A DNA stretch of 64,000 nucleotides from Oculina patagonica (taxonomy: Eukaryota), in NCBI RefSeq assembly GCF_052425735.1, contig NC_135761.1:17050001-17114000 (forward strand), read 5' to 3'. Shown here in pieces: positions 38,363-50,156 of the stretch (the stretch's first letter is position 1; the number at the start of each line of letters is the position of its first letter). The notes beneath the pieces were generated by a model. The model was given only the letters and a program-made list of their open reading frames with translations. It made no database searches and was not told the DNA's origin. The position numbers were made by a program, and so were the translations under genes.

Positions 38363-40070
38363 TGTTTCTTCGAAGATCCGTGACCGCGCGATGGAAAATA
38401 TAAGCGGATGTCGATTATAGATTGAAAGAACCATAGTTACCTGGGCTGTTATACAATCATGTGTCAACGAGAGTTTTGAAACATCACACCTGCATCAGTA
38501 TCCTTTTAAAATTGTAAAATTAATCAACAACATCCTCTGTCGCGATATAGAATCCAGAAAAAAATATATGTGTCATAAAAACTGGAAAGTCGACTCTGCC
38601 GATATTTCGTGGTTATTAAAAACATTTCATCAGGGCAAAAAAAAAAAAATGTGTTAGATAATATGTGAACGCACTAATTCAGAAGTAACCGACAGTTAAA
38701 GTTTTAGAGAAATTACATCGCTTGAAATACTTTTAACTTGCTGTGATCAATACAATCTTTTTTCTATAAGAATATATTTTATATGAATATAGAGGCCGAA
38801 TTTTGTGAAATTTAAAGAATATTTTAAGAACAAGCCCGAGGGTGATATTAATAAAAACAATATAACTTTGTGTTTTGAAAATTTGTAAATATAATGTAAT
38901 TATATGCTTTTAACTAAACCGTATAAAATTAATTCTTTCCTTCTCTAAACGGCAAAACTTTACTAGCCCGTAAAATGATAAAAACCCTGCACTATCCAAG
39001 TGGTTGATGCTAATTACAGTTCAATGAACACATATATATGGTATACAGCACAAAAGGAAATGTCATACGCTGTAATCTAAGAATATTCACAATAATATTT
39101 TCTTTATTTTCAGCCTAACATCGGCATGAAAATAAGAATATTCAACCTGAGCTAGAGAAAAATTATTCTTAATGAATAGCAAACTTTATGAACAAGAAAT
39201 AATCAGCGCTGCCTACAAAAACCACAGAAATGCCATAGTAAAATCAACTACGCAAAACAAAAGGATTGATGCGAAAAGTTTAATTAATAATACTTGTAAA
39301 AGTGAATAAAGTAGTAAAGCAGCAAATAATTTACGAAAGAACGGCAAACTGACACAGTTTCATTCATTGTACGTCATAAAATAAGGCTCAGTGCTTCTGT
39401 AAAGTTTGTTACCTTTTAATCTTGGTCTTGTCCTTTTATACTTCAATAAACCTGTTCGACTTTGAGCTTAATTTCGCTTCAAATAATATAGCAGTCTTGA
39501 TGACAGCCGTGGAGCCGTATAAAACAAGTACAATGTAAACACTTGCTTCGTTCTACTTGCACAAGACGTGTAGTTTCCAGAAAAGCTTTTGCTTCGGATC
39601 ATCCCGTAAATCTTAACTGTTGTCACAATTTCCAGGATATATAGACGACTTTAGAGGAGATTATTGAATGAAAATCTTGGGAAGAAAACTCTCTCGCTCG
39701 CTTTTCTCGTGTGTTTCATTCAACTCAAGAAGTGAACACCACGCCACAAATTTTCCCGCCTCCTCATACTATCATTTCGTTTTCATCAAACTGAAATGTC
39801 CAGTCGATTTAAACTTAAAGAAGAATTTAATAAAACAATTATTCTATTCGCCCTTGTTGGATACGAGTCGCCGTTATAGCCAACTCGGCGCTTCGCGCCT
39901 CGTTGGCTATTTACCACCTCGTATCCAACGCGGGCTCATAGAATAATTGTTAAATAATCGGAGATCGCTTCACCAAATCAAAAAGCTGGAATTACAATAA
40001 CCTAAAGTTGAGGATATAGCCAATAAAAAGACTAACGGGGAAAAGCACCACCTACATCGTTTATTATTTG

Positions 40071-41733
40071 TCATTTATGTGCGATAAGCTGTTGCACTAT
40101 CAATAACTCCTGTAGGACATCGTTGGCAGTGGGCCGTTGCTTTGGGTTAGACGCATGACACCTTTCCATCACCTTCCGAAGTTTACTTTTTACAAACCTG
40201 CTCCCGTTCACTTCGCCTAGTAGCCTTTCCAAAACCGCAGGAATCTTCCATATGTCCACTTTTTCGTCGTAGGTCGGCATCCGATCTAATCTGAAACACA
40301 CCGATCTATTGGGCCACCTTTGCTCTGGTGCCACAAATGGCCGTAATTCCTTCCTGTTAGTGCATAATATCCCACTTTCTTGACTGGCGTCTGGAGTGTC
40401 ATCCAGGTCGTTCACAACCATATGAAAGTCATCAGTTATCAAATATTGCGACAGTAATTTATCTACGCTAGCAGTATCTCACATCACACGGGTTCCGATT
40501 GGACTGTTGTGCATGAAGTTCATAATTTTGACATAATCCACGATCAGTTGAAATCTTGTCTGTATATTGTTGTACTGGGAGTACTGTGGCCTTTAAGGAA
40601 CCGGTTTAGTGTTTTTGCTGAGCCATGCTTGTAATACGCTGTTACAATCTGCAAAAAACAGCAAGCTCATGATGGCGTGGCAGAAACGTGCACTTATCAC
40701 TAAAAGTTTTTGCTACCTATTATATTACAAACACATCAAACATTTCAAACTATCGTCCATGTTACTTACATGTGAAAAGTAGGGCCATTAGTTTAAACTG
40801 AGCCCTTGAGGCTAGGGAAGATATGATTACTTTCAGGTTGTTGCATGCATTGTATCAGAAACCTATAAGGTTTGAAACGTGTAACGCGCGCGCACAGCGT
40901 TTGAATATTCATTTTGCTAAGGACCATATTTGGAAACACGAAATAGACACTGTAAGTGATTCCAGTCCGAAAAAAAAAATATTACAATTTATGCATAACA
41001 TCAAACATCAGGAATAATTATTTTCACTTTCAGGGGCAACGTGTGAGTGTTCTATCAGCAATAATTTGACAAGAGTGGGAGAACCAAACAGATTCGCGGA
41101 TGTCCAAAAGAAAACGTCGATTGACTTCTAATCAAGTATGTAGATCACACAGATATCTACTGAATCATAAAATGAATGTAATAAAACAATGGAACACACC
41201 TCTAGGTTTTCGTAACATCTTCCGATAACTCTTCCGATAAGGCGAGTAACAAAAGGCCCTTGAAGCTTTTCAATCCTTGTCATTCCGCGTAAACACTGCG
41301 TCTTAAAATTTGGGCGCGAACAATTCATATAGACAACTTGATGGCCCTTCCAGTCTGCCAGCCATTTTTCTTTCATCATTCCTCCGTGAATTCGCTGCTT
41401 GGGAAGAACTTGAAGAGCAATATGTGAGCAGTTCAACCAAGGCTCGCATTCACTCAAGCCGGTAAAACAAAATGTTCCGTTAGGGCATGGCAGATTAAAA
41501 CCATCGGGTGTTGGAAACGTGTTGTCGGAACACGTTAGGTTTCGGGCCTTTGTGTGGAATGTGATGGGGCTCCATTTTATCTTGTCACGTATTTTTAACT
41601 GAGTGCCGGTGATATGACCGTAATAGACAAAGATATATAACAACACTAAGGAAACTGTACACGAGTAGTAAATGACTCTACACAAAAGTTTTAGCCTGTG
41701 TTGTGTTGTGATTGCAAGGAAAGCGGTCGTCAT
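40071..41733 (-). pseudogene. POMK: POMK-like copy 5 (type B), disabled; exons 41200-41733 and 40071-40648
   Basis: Exon 2 is 578 nt (1-nt deletion near 40595), TGC>TGA in the MCD motif (40479-40481), and a 12-nt duplication in exon 1 (IGRVIGR). Confidence 0.9.
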
Positions 41734-42226
41734 TGTTTCTTCGAAGATCCGTGACCGCGCGATGGAAAATATAAGCGGATGTCGATTATAGATTGAAAGA
41801 ACCATAGTTACCTGGGCTGTTATACAACCATGTGTCAACAGAAGTTTTAAGAGGAAATTTCTTTAAGAATTCAACAACAGCCGGCAATCAGAATGCTATG
41901 AAAAATTGTTCGCTCATCCTCCATCCAGTCTTTATTCGCCACTCGAAGCGACGGCCTTCGGCCGCCGAAGTATTTACCGCGCGCGAGAAAAAAATCCTCT
42001 GGTACCCAGGGTATCAGCTGCAGAGATCATGCGAGGTTCTTAAAATACCAGCATCGTGAATGTTGCACTGTTTACAATGACCTTCAAATATTTTGTTTAT
42101 TAAATGCGATCTACAGGATAATATAATATTTGGTGTAACATGGGCATGTAGGTCTAAAAAGTGTTCGTCGCTCGAAATTGAATTTAATGTTTTTATTTTA
42201 AAGAAAACGACAATTTTTTTTAAGTT

Positions 42227-42270
42227 TACAAAACATGTTTCGACAGAAACCACTGTCATCTTCAGTTGAA
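42227..42270 (-). ncRNA. Putative minimal hammerhead ribozyme, paralogous copy
   Basis: Same core as 29974-30017. Confidence 0.6.
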
Positions 42271-42718
42271 TGATATACAAAGCGTTGATGGTGACAGTGG
42301 ATTCTGTCAAAACATGTTTTGTAAACTCAAAAAAAATTGTCGTTTTCCAGGGTAAAATTATCTTTGGAACAAGTGCAAACTGTTCTCAATTTTGTGTATT
42401 TTTATAATTTAATTTTTACAAACAGGGACCACTTAAACTTTTTTAAATCCTTTGATTTTCTTTGTCAATGCGAAAGGAAATTGGGACGAAAAAGTTAAAA
42501 ACCCAATTTTATTTTTCTATTCTTTGATTTGCGTGTTATTGAATTAATGTTTTCCCTACTTAATGTTGCCTTTGTTCTAGCTAAGATTCAACTTTCGACT
42601 TTATTACTAACTTACATAAAGAAATTATAAATATTTTTTTAAAAAAATCAAATGTCTCTTTGTAATTAATTATAACATAAAAAGAATAAGATAGAAATTG
42701 ATAGACTAGTTGTGACTA

Positions 42719-43954
42719 GCAGGTGACCCAGGCATGCCTGGAATCCCGGGAACTCCCGCTCCCGCGGGAATACCGGGACAGAATGGATTACCGGGACCCA
42801 AAGGTGACATGGGATGTCCCGGACCAAGAGGAGCACCGGGAAAGCCTGGTCTATAGGGGGATATACAGAGAAGATGGAAGGAGTGCGTTTGACGAAACTG
42901 ACAATGGCCAAGTTCTGGTGAGAATTAAAAGATATAATGAAGTAAATAATTGTTCCTCGCAGTAATCTGCATCTACATCTAAATGTAACTGTAGAAATTG
43001 CAATTAAAGAAGTTCAAAACAAAAAAGCCTGAAAAATTTTAGGGCTTCAACGGGATTTGAAAATGTGACCTCGAAACTGATGCGATGGTAATATTTTTTA
43101 ACTTGACATCTCATAATCTCATGCATCCCCAGTCCAAGTATGAACTCTTTATATATACTATATATGTGAGACGATTAAATGCAGAGGGCGACACAACGTT
43201 AGGAAAACTATAACACTGTTCTTTGCCGGATCTCACGTAGCTTAGAGATGCATTTTAAATGCAACGCTTGAACGACGACAAAAAAAAAAAAACAAAAATT
43301 AAATTTGCCAATGCATATGCAAAGTGTCGCCGTACTAGCCGTGTATTTAAAGTTACTCTTTTATATACTTCATGTCATTATATTCTTTCACGAGAAATAA
43401 GAACTGAGGTAGAGCATGAAGCTCTTAATTGTTTCATAGCTTCCTACTTGTTGTAATTTCTTTTATTGCAATTTCACTTCAAAGATCATTTCTTTACTCT
43501 ACGTCTATTGAGGTTTAAATAATTATGAATTCGTTTACGTCGTAAAATTCTTAAAGATATCACATTGCTCAGTGGTGGGGAATGAGATTCATTCAGGTCA
43601 TTTATATATTTAAGGAATGTGCGTTCACCAAGGCAGCCAATAACACTTACCTGCGTGTAGTTTACATGGGCAACATTCGTATTACCGACTGCACTGGTTT
43701 TTCACTTTCAACGATGCGGAATGCAAGGCACCTTCCGCTATTGATGCCGTCATTTACCAGAGCATCAACGTCAACATTCACCGCCCGGCCAACCTCGGAG
43801 GTTACTGCTCCGGAATTGACAAGGGACTGGTGCGAGTTGGTCTCAACGTCGGTCACTGTTTAAAGGGCTTCGGGAATGCCATATTTAACGCGTATACCGG
43901 CTGGAATTCCGTCAGTAGAATCATAATTGAGGAGGTACAGCCTCCTGTTGCCTA
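42719..43954 (+). pseudogene. CTHRC1: CTHRC1-like pseudogene (5'-truncated duplicate)
   Basis: Near-identical to 20602-22005 but lacks exon 1 and the exon 2 acceptor. It has an in-frame TAG (GGT CTA TAG, ~42854), a 14-nt deletion in exon 2, and a 16-nt deletion removing CCMRW in exon 3. Confidence 0.9.
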
Positions 43955-44017
43955 GAGTTTGTTAAGTGTGATCCACGTGCTCACGATTTAGGCGTGGCAT
44001 GATAGGTATAAAGAATA

Positions 44018-44437
44018 CATAAAAACCCGCGTTACGGTATAAGAACACCTATTTTGACGGTTCAGGCTGATTTGGTTCTTATATAAAGGGTTATATTCTG
44101 CAAAATCAGCCTGTAAGTGTTCTTAAGTGTTCTTAAAAAAAGTTTCTTAAAATAAGGAACATAATAGGCTACCAATAGATGAAATCAATATATATGCACA
44201 CAATTGTATTTTAATTTTAATAAAATTGATAAATCAAGGCAATAATGTACTGTAATTGGGGTGGAACTATTATGTGTGCAATGAAAAGTAGTGTTGATCT
44301 TTGATATTTTTCCATATAAGAACAACTTAAGTTTTCTTTTTCAGGCTGAATGTGTTCTTATATAAATGGTACTTTATTTCCTAAAATCAGGCCTGGGTGT
44401 TCTTAATCCACTTGTTCTTATACGCGGGTTTTTACTG
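44018..44437. mobile_element. MITE with TA TSD (Tc1/mariner-like)
   Basis: TIR CA(G)TAAAAACCCGCG; empty site at ~22066; the right part is repeated at 51316-51584. Confidence 0.82.
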
Positions 44438-45466
44438 TAGCGCAGTAATTAGACTGACGCAAGAGTTGCATTATTGTACAGCAAAGCATGATGGGAATAA
44501 AGTAAGATGATGAACATGTGATTCAAGTATGGCTGTCGTTTGACTTTGTGTTCGTCTGAGTGATTTATTACTTCGTGTTCTTATTATAATCAGCATTGCA
44601 GATGGCTATTCTAATATTTTAGCTTTTTATAATGTCAATACCTAAACGTTAGAGCTATGAAGGGGGTTGGGATCTTACTGGGATAACCAAGGTAGAAGTT
44701 TAAAGGCACTAACAAAATACACAAAATACCAAAAAGTAGAATCTGACTCATAAAGATATTCAATTTGTTCTTAGGGTGACGATTTTTCTACCTTTACGGC
44801 GATATTCTTACCGATATTCATGTCGGTACTATACTCAGTTACACAAATCGCAATGCATCATTCAACCTACCCCATTGCAGTGCCGGTATAAGCATAGCCA
44901 GCATTAACGACGGGTTAAAACAAGCGAAAACAGGGATAAGAGATCGCTTCATTTTCAAGCATGCACTTTAGAGAGTATGCAACTGCAGTCATCCTTGAGT
45001 TTTTAATAAATGTATACGATTGCTTGGAAGTGAACAGACTGTTCACAACCCTCTTTTAAATTTCTCGTAATTTTCTACCATCACCCCTCCTTGCTTTCCG
45101 CTCGCTTTATTTCTCTCATGCTCTTTAGGGTTGAAAAATAGAGAGGCTGTAAAAATTCTTAGAAGTGAATGCAAAGAAACGATTTATAAAAGCAAATAAA
45201 TGTTTCTCCCCTGTTGTTTCAATCTACCATAGGAAAAAGTGTTCAACAGTTTTGTAACAATCCTTAGTCCAAAGCACATTCATGGTTATAAATATTAAAA
45301 TCAATTCTCAGTCTTGATAATATATAACACCTTTAGACGCCACAAAATTAAAGAAACGTAATTTGAAAAGTTAGAATACATTCTTTTTCTAATTATTCCG
45401 GAAGGGTCTACTTCATTTTTGGCTAAGAATTTATTTTTGGTTTACTTTTGCGACAGATACAATTGC

Positions 45467-46966
45467 TTACTGTGTGATCAGTTTCTGAACTCTCAGTAAT
45501 TCCTGAAGGAGTTCGTTCGCAGTCGGCCGCTTCTTGGAGTTAGTGGCTTGACACCTTTTCATCACCCTCTCAAGTTTACTTGTTACAAAACTGCTCCCGT
45601 CCACACCGCCTAGCAGCTTTTCCACAATCGCAGGAACCTTCCAGATTTCTATTTTTTCGTTGTTTTTCGGCGTCAAATCTAAATTGTCGGACCACCTTTG
45701 CTCTGGGGCATACCACTCCCCTGATCCCTTTCGCTTCAAGCCGTTGCAGAGTATTCCATCTTCCTGTCTGACGTCAGGTGTGTTATCAAGGTCGTTCACA
45801 ACCAGGTGAAAGTCATCAGTGATCAGATATTGCGACAGTAGTTTACCCATATTATTAGTAGCGCACATCACACGGGTACCGATCGGACTGTTGTGCATGA
45901 AGTTCATGATCTTGACATAGTCCACGATCAGTTGAAATATTGTCTGTATATTGTTGTACTGGGAATACTGTGGCCGTTCAAGAAGCCGGTTTAGTGTTTT
46001 TGCTGAGCCATGCTTGTAATACGCTGTTACAATCTGCCAAAAAAGCCTATTAGTTATCTTATGAACAGTCTCACTTAAGTTTCAGTGATCACATTAAATT
46101 GTTGTTCTATCTACACTTCGAGAAGCATATGACTATCGAGCATTAAAAAAATACTCTCAAATAAATACTAGTTATGCAACGCTTTCGAGTGGTATACCAT
46201 GGAATATCCCACAAGTCACTTGTATTTTCTCGGTATACACACGAGCCTTAACTCCATGCGCCATGAACCAATTGTTTATTAAGTTTGTTTAATGTTCCCA
46301 GCCTTTCGTCACCAGATGAGCCCACGACATATGTGTCAGTGCCGAGCCCACGATCTTCGTCGCCGCTGTTGCTAAGGAAACAGACCACCCTCGTTCCCAT
46401 ATTGGAATGACCACGGGAACGAGGTTCGAACAAGACGCATCCTTAGATTAGACTTATCGTTTCCAGCCGCTTCTGAGGCGGATTTGACCGGATTGGTATG
46501 GGTTTGACGAGAAAGCATTGCATAAAGGGAAGTTTTTCGCCCTTCCCAGCCTGACATAGCCTTAAATAACAAATAAGTAAGGACTGGGAACGAGTCTGTC
46601 CTCTGATGAATCTCTATGTTTGTCAAAACTGTACAATTTTATCTGTCGACATAGAGGCCGAAAGTTTTAGATGGTATTATCTTAGTCTTCGATCTTCATC
46701 CGAGCTGGCGCGTGGTTGAAATAAATGAGTAAGCGTGCTAAAGTCAGCATACGTTTTAATCCTATTACTCACCTCTAGCTTTTCGTAACATTTCCCGATG
46801 AGATTAGTAACAAATGGACTTTGAAGTTTTTCCATTCTAGTCATTCCGCGTAAACAGCGAGTCTTAACACCTTCGCTTTTGCATTTTAAGTAGACAACTT
46901 CATGGCCTTTCCAGTCTGCCAGCCAAATTTTTTTCGTAAATCCGCCCCGAATTCTCTGTCTGTTTT
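45467..46966 (-). pseudogene. POMK: POMK-like copy 6 (type A), 5'-truncated; exon 2 45467-46033, exon 1 remnant 46773-46966
   Basis: Start codon, TM segment and promoter removed by a deletion at ~46967; catalytic MCD changed to MCA (GCT at 45860-45862). Confidence 0.88.
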
Positions 46967-48948
46967 TTACCTTTCCATCACCTTCCGAAGTTTACTTTTC
47001 ACAAAACTGCTCCCGTTCACTTCGCCGAGTAGCCTTTCCAAAACCGCCGGAATCTTCCATATGTCCACTTTTTCGTCGTAGGTCGGCATCCGATCTAATC
47101 TGAAACGCACCGATCTATTGGGCCACCTTTGCTCTGGTGCCACAAATGGCCGTAACTCCTTCCTGTTAGTGCATAATATCCCACTTTCTTGACTGGCGTC
47201 TGGAGTGTTATCCAGATCGTTCACAACCATGTGAAAGTCATCAGTAATCAAATATTGCGACAATAATTTATCTAAGTTAGCAGTATCGCACATCACACGG
47301 GTTCCGATTGGACTATTGTGCATGAAGTTCATGATCTTGACATAATCCACGATCAGTTGAAATCTTGTCTTTATATTGTTGTAGTGGGAGTACTCTGGCC
47401 GTTGAAGAATCCGGTCTAGTGTTTTTGCTGAGCCATGCTTGTAATACGCTGTTACAATCTGCAAGAAAACAGCAAGCTATAATCTCTTGTTTGTGTAGCA
47501 GGGCTGGAGCGTCACTGCTCACAAAATAGTTTTAGCTATAGCTTTTCTTATTTACAAACGCATCAAACATATCAAACTATCGTCCATGTTACTTACAGTA
47601 GGGCCATAAATTTAAACTGAGTCCTTGAGGGAAAACATAGTAACATTGATAGCTTGTTACAAGCATTGTATACGCATTTTATTACGTCGTCTGCAAGCGG
47701 CCTTACAAGAGCGGTAGGCAGTTGTTTCGTCCACAAAGGTCAATTGAAAATGAAAATGCAAAAAATAATTTTGTTCATTTTACAAACTGTCGATCGCTTT
47801 TCATTAGTTCTTTAAACTCGAGTCAAATTATTCAAAAATGGGATGCGGTCGGTATTAACCGGCATTCTAAAGGATTTTTTTCGTTCGAGCCACCATGTTT
47901 GTCCACTTAACTATTTAAAGTACATTCTTCCTCATCTGTAACAAGGCCCTGAATGTTGTCTTCAGTCTTCTGGTGTCCTTTGGCGATAGTATCTGCATGA
48001 AGCCATCAGGTTTTCCAACGCCAAAAGAATTACTTTAATTGGTTTGACAGCTTCAATGGTTCGGGAATTCCTAAACATATCACTTCATTGAAGATATAAA
48101 TATATTGACTAATATTTTTAGTTCTTGTCCAATATCGCTCATAGAACATAGAGGCAAATAGTCTCATTGTTTTAATGGACACTGTTAGTGATTCCAGTCC
48201 GAAAAAAAAATATTACAATTTATGCATAACATCAAACATCGGGAATAATTATTTTCACTTTCAGGGGCAACGTGTGAGTGTTCTATCATTAATAATTGAC
48301 AAAGGTGGGGGTGCCAATCAGATTCGCGGATGTCCAAAGGAAAACGTCGAGTGACTTCTAATCAAGTATGTAGATCACACAGATATTCACTTTATCATAA
48401 AATGAATGTAATAAAACGATGGAACACACCTCTAGGTTTTCGTAACATCTTCCGATAAGGCGAGTAACAAAAGGCCCTTGAAGCTTTTCAATCCTTGTCA
48501 TTCCGCGTAAACACTGCGTCTTAAAATTTGGGCGCGAACAATTCATATAGACAACTTGATGGCCCTTCCAGTCTGCCAGCCATTTTTCTTTCATCATTCC
48601 TCCGTGAATTCGCTGCTTGGGATGAACTTGAAGAGCAATATGTGAGCAGTTCAACCAAGGCGCGCATTCACTCAAGCCGGTAAAACAAAATGTTTCGTTA
48701 GGGCATGGCAGATTAAAACCATCGGGTGTTGGAAACGTGTTGTCTGAACACTTTAGGTTTCGGGCCTTTGTGTGGAATGTGATGGGGCTCCATTTTATCT
48801 TGTCACGTATTTTTAAAGTGCCGGTGATATGACCGTAATAGACAAAGATATATAACAACACTAAGGAAACTGTACACGAGTAGTAAATGACTCTACACAA
48901 AAGTTTTAGCCTGTGTTGTGTTGTGTTTGCAAGGAAAGCGGTCGTCAT
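46967..48948 (-). pseudogene. POMK: POMK-like copy 7 (type B, near-identical to copy 4), C-terminally truncated; exons 48430-48948 and 46967-47458
   Basis: Ends KVMER-stop at the deletion junction; the last 29 aa (CHASNPQQRPTA...) and the 3' UTR are missing. Confidence 0.8.
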
Positions 48949-49791
48949 TGTTTCTTCGAAGATCCGTGACCGCGCGATGGAAAATATAAGCGGATGTCGA
49001 TTATAGATTGAAAGAACCATAGTTACCTGGGCTGTTATACAATCATGTGTCAACGAGAGTTTTGAAACATCACACCTGCATCAGTATCCTTTTAAAATTG
49101 TAAAATTAATCAACAACATCCTCTGTCGCGATATAGAATCCAGAAAAAAATATATGTGTCATAAAAACTGGAAAGTCGACTCTGCCGATATTTCGTGGTT
49201 ATTAAAAACATTTCATCAGGGCAAAAAAAAAAAAAATGTGTTAGATAATATGTGAAGGGGTCGGCTATTTTGCGAGTTGCGAGTTGCGAGTTGCGAGTTG
49301 CGAGTTGCGAGTTGCGAGTTGCGAGTTGCGAGTTGCGAGTTGCATTCAACGAATATGTCACTGAGTTATTATACGAGTCAGTTTAATTTTTTTAGATTTC
49401 TTTTAAAACACGGAGCGATCCTGTTTAACGAGGGTGAATTGTTCGGCCTGTCAGTCACAGATTCCAATGAGACGATTCCATTGGTTTGGGAACTGAAATC
49501 AACTGGCTTTTGGTCAATGTTTGGTGTGGCGTGATCCAAACTTATCTCGTTTTTCTGAACTAGATTCTCGCGTATGGGGGTTGTTAGTAATCGGCGTATT
49601 AAACGGCGTAAGGAGAATCGGCGTAACAATAATAGCTAATAATTTTTTCACGTGAAACTGGACAAACAAACAGTAAATATATGCCATATAAAAATGAAAG
49701 GTTTTTCTCACCCCGATCGAGACAATGAAACGTACACAGGCAAAGTCAACGAAAATAAAAGGGAGTTTGTAAAAGATAAAAAGAAAAAGAA

Positions 49792-49902
49792 AACCCACAA
49801 CAACGGGTATTTCGAGTTGGTCACCCATCCAAGTACTAACCCCGCCCAACAGGGCTTAACCTTGGCGATCAGACGAGCACCGGTGCTTTCCATGTGGTAT
49901 CA
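49792..49902 (-). pseudogene. 5S rRNA-derived sequence (left arm of internal foldback)
   Basis: Minus strand ATACCAC..CTCGTCTGATC..GTTAAGC..GTTAGTACTTGGATGGGTGACC..ATACCCGTTGTTGTGGG, followed by a T-run. Confidence 0.85.
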
Positions 49903-50043
49903 AAAAGAGAGCGTAAATCAGCTAATAAAAGTTAAGTCCAGTTTTAGCAGGAAAGCGCCAAATTGTTCAAAAGATCCATTTAAACCAGGTATTTCTTTTT
50001 CTCTATTTGCATGACTCTTATAACCCTTTGTCTCGTCTGAGCC

Positions 50044-50156
50044 TGATACCACAAGGAAAGCATTGGTTTTCGTCTGATCGCCAAAGTTAAGCCCTGTTGG
50101 GCGGGGTTAGTACTTGGATGGGTGACCAACTGGAAATACCCGTTGTTGTGGGTTTT
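50044..50156 (+). pseudogene. 5S rRNA-derived sequence (right arm of internal foldback)
   Basis: A box AAGTTAAGC, C box TACTTGGATGGGTGACC and a TTTT terminator are present; the 5' strand of helix I is diverged. Confidence 0.85.

Noticed and set aside
40479-40481. TGA at the MCD cysteine as possible selenocysteine
   Set aside because: The same exon has an upstream 1-nt frameshift and no SECIS was recognised, so an ordinary nonsense mutation is simpler.
49270-49343. Heptamer arrays as telomeric repeats or a CRISPR array
   Set aside because: The unit is not TTAGGG, there are no spacers, and the context is eukaryotic; they are inverted element termini.
49792-50156. Functional 5S rRNA genes
   Set aside because: The 5' strand of helix I is missing or diverged, the two copies differ, and they sit inside a repeat.
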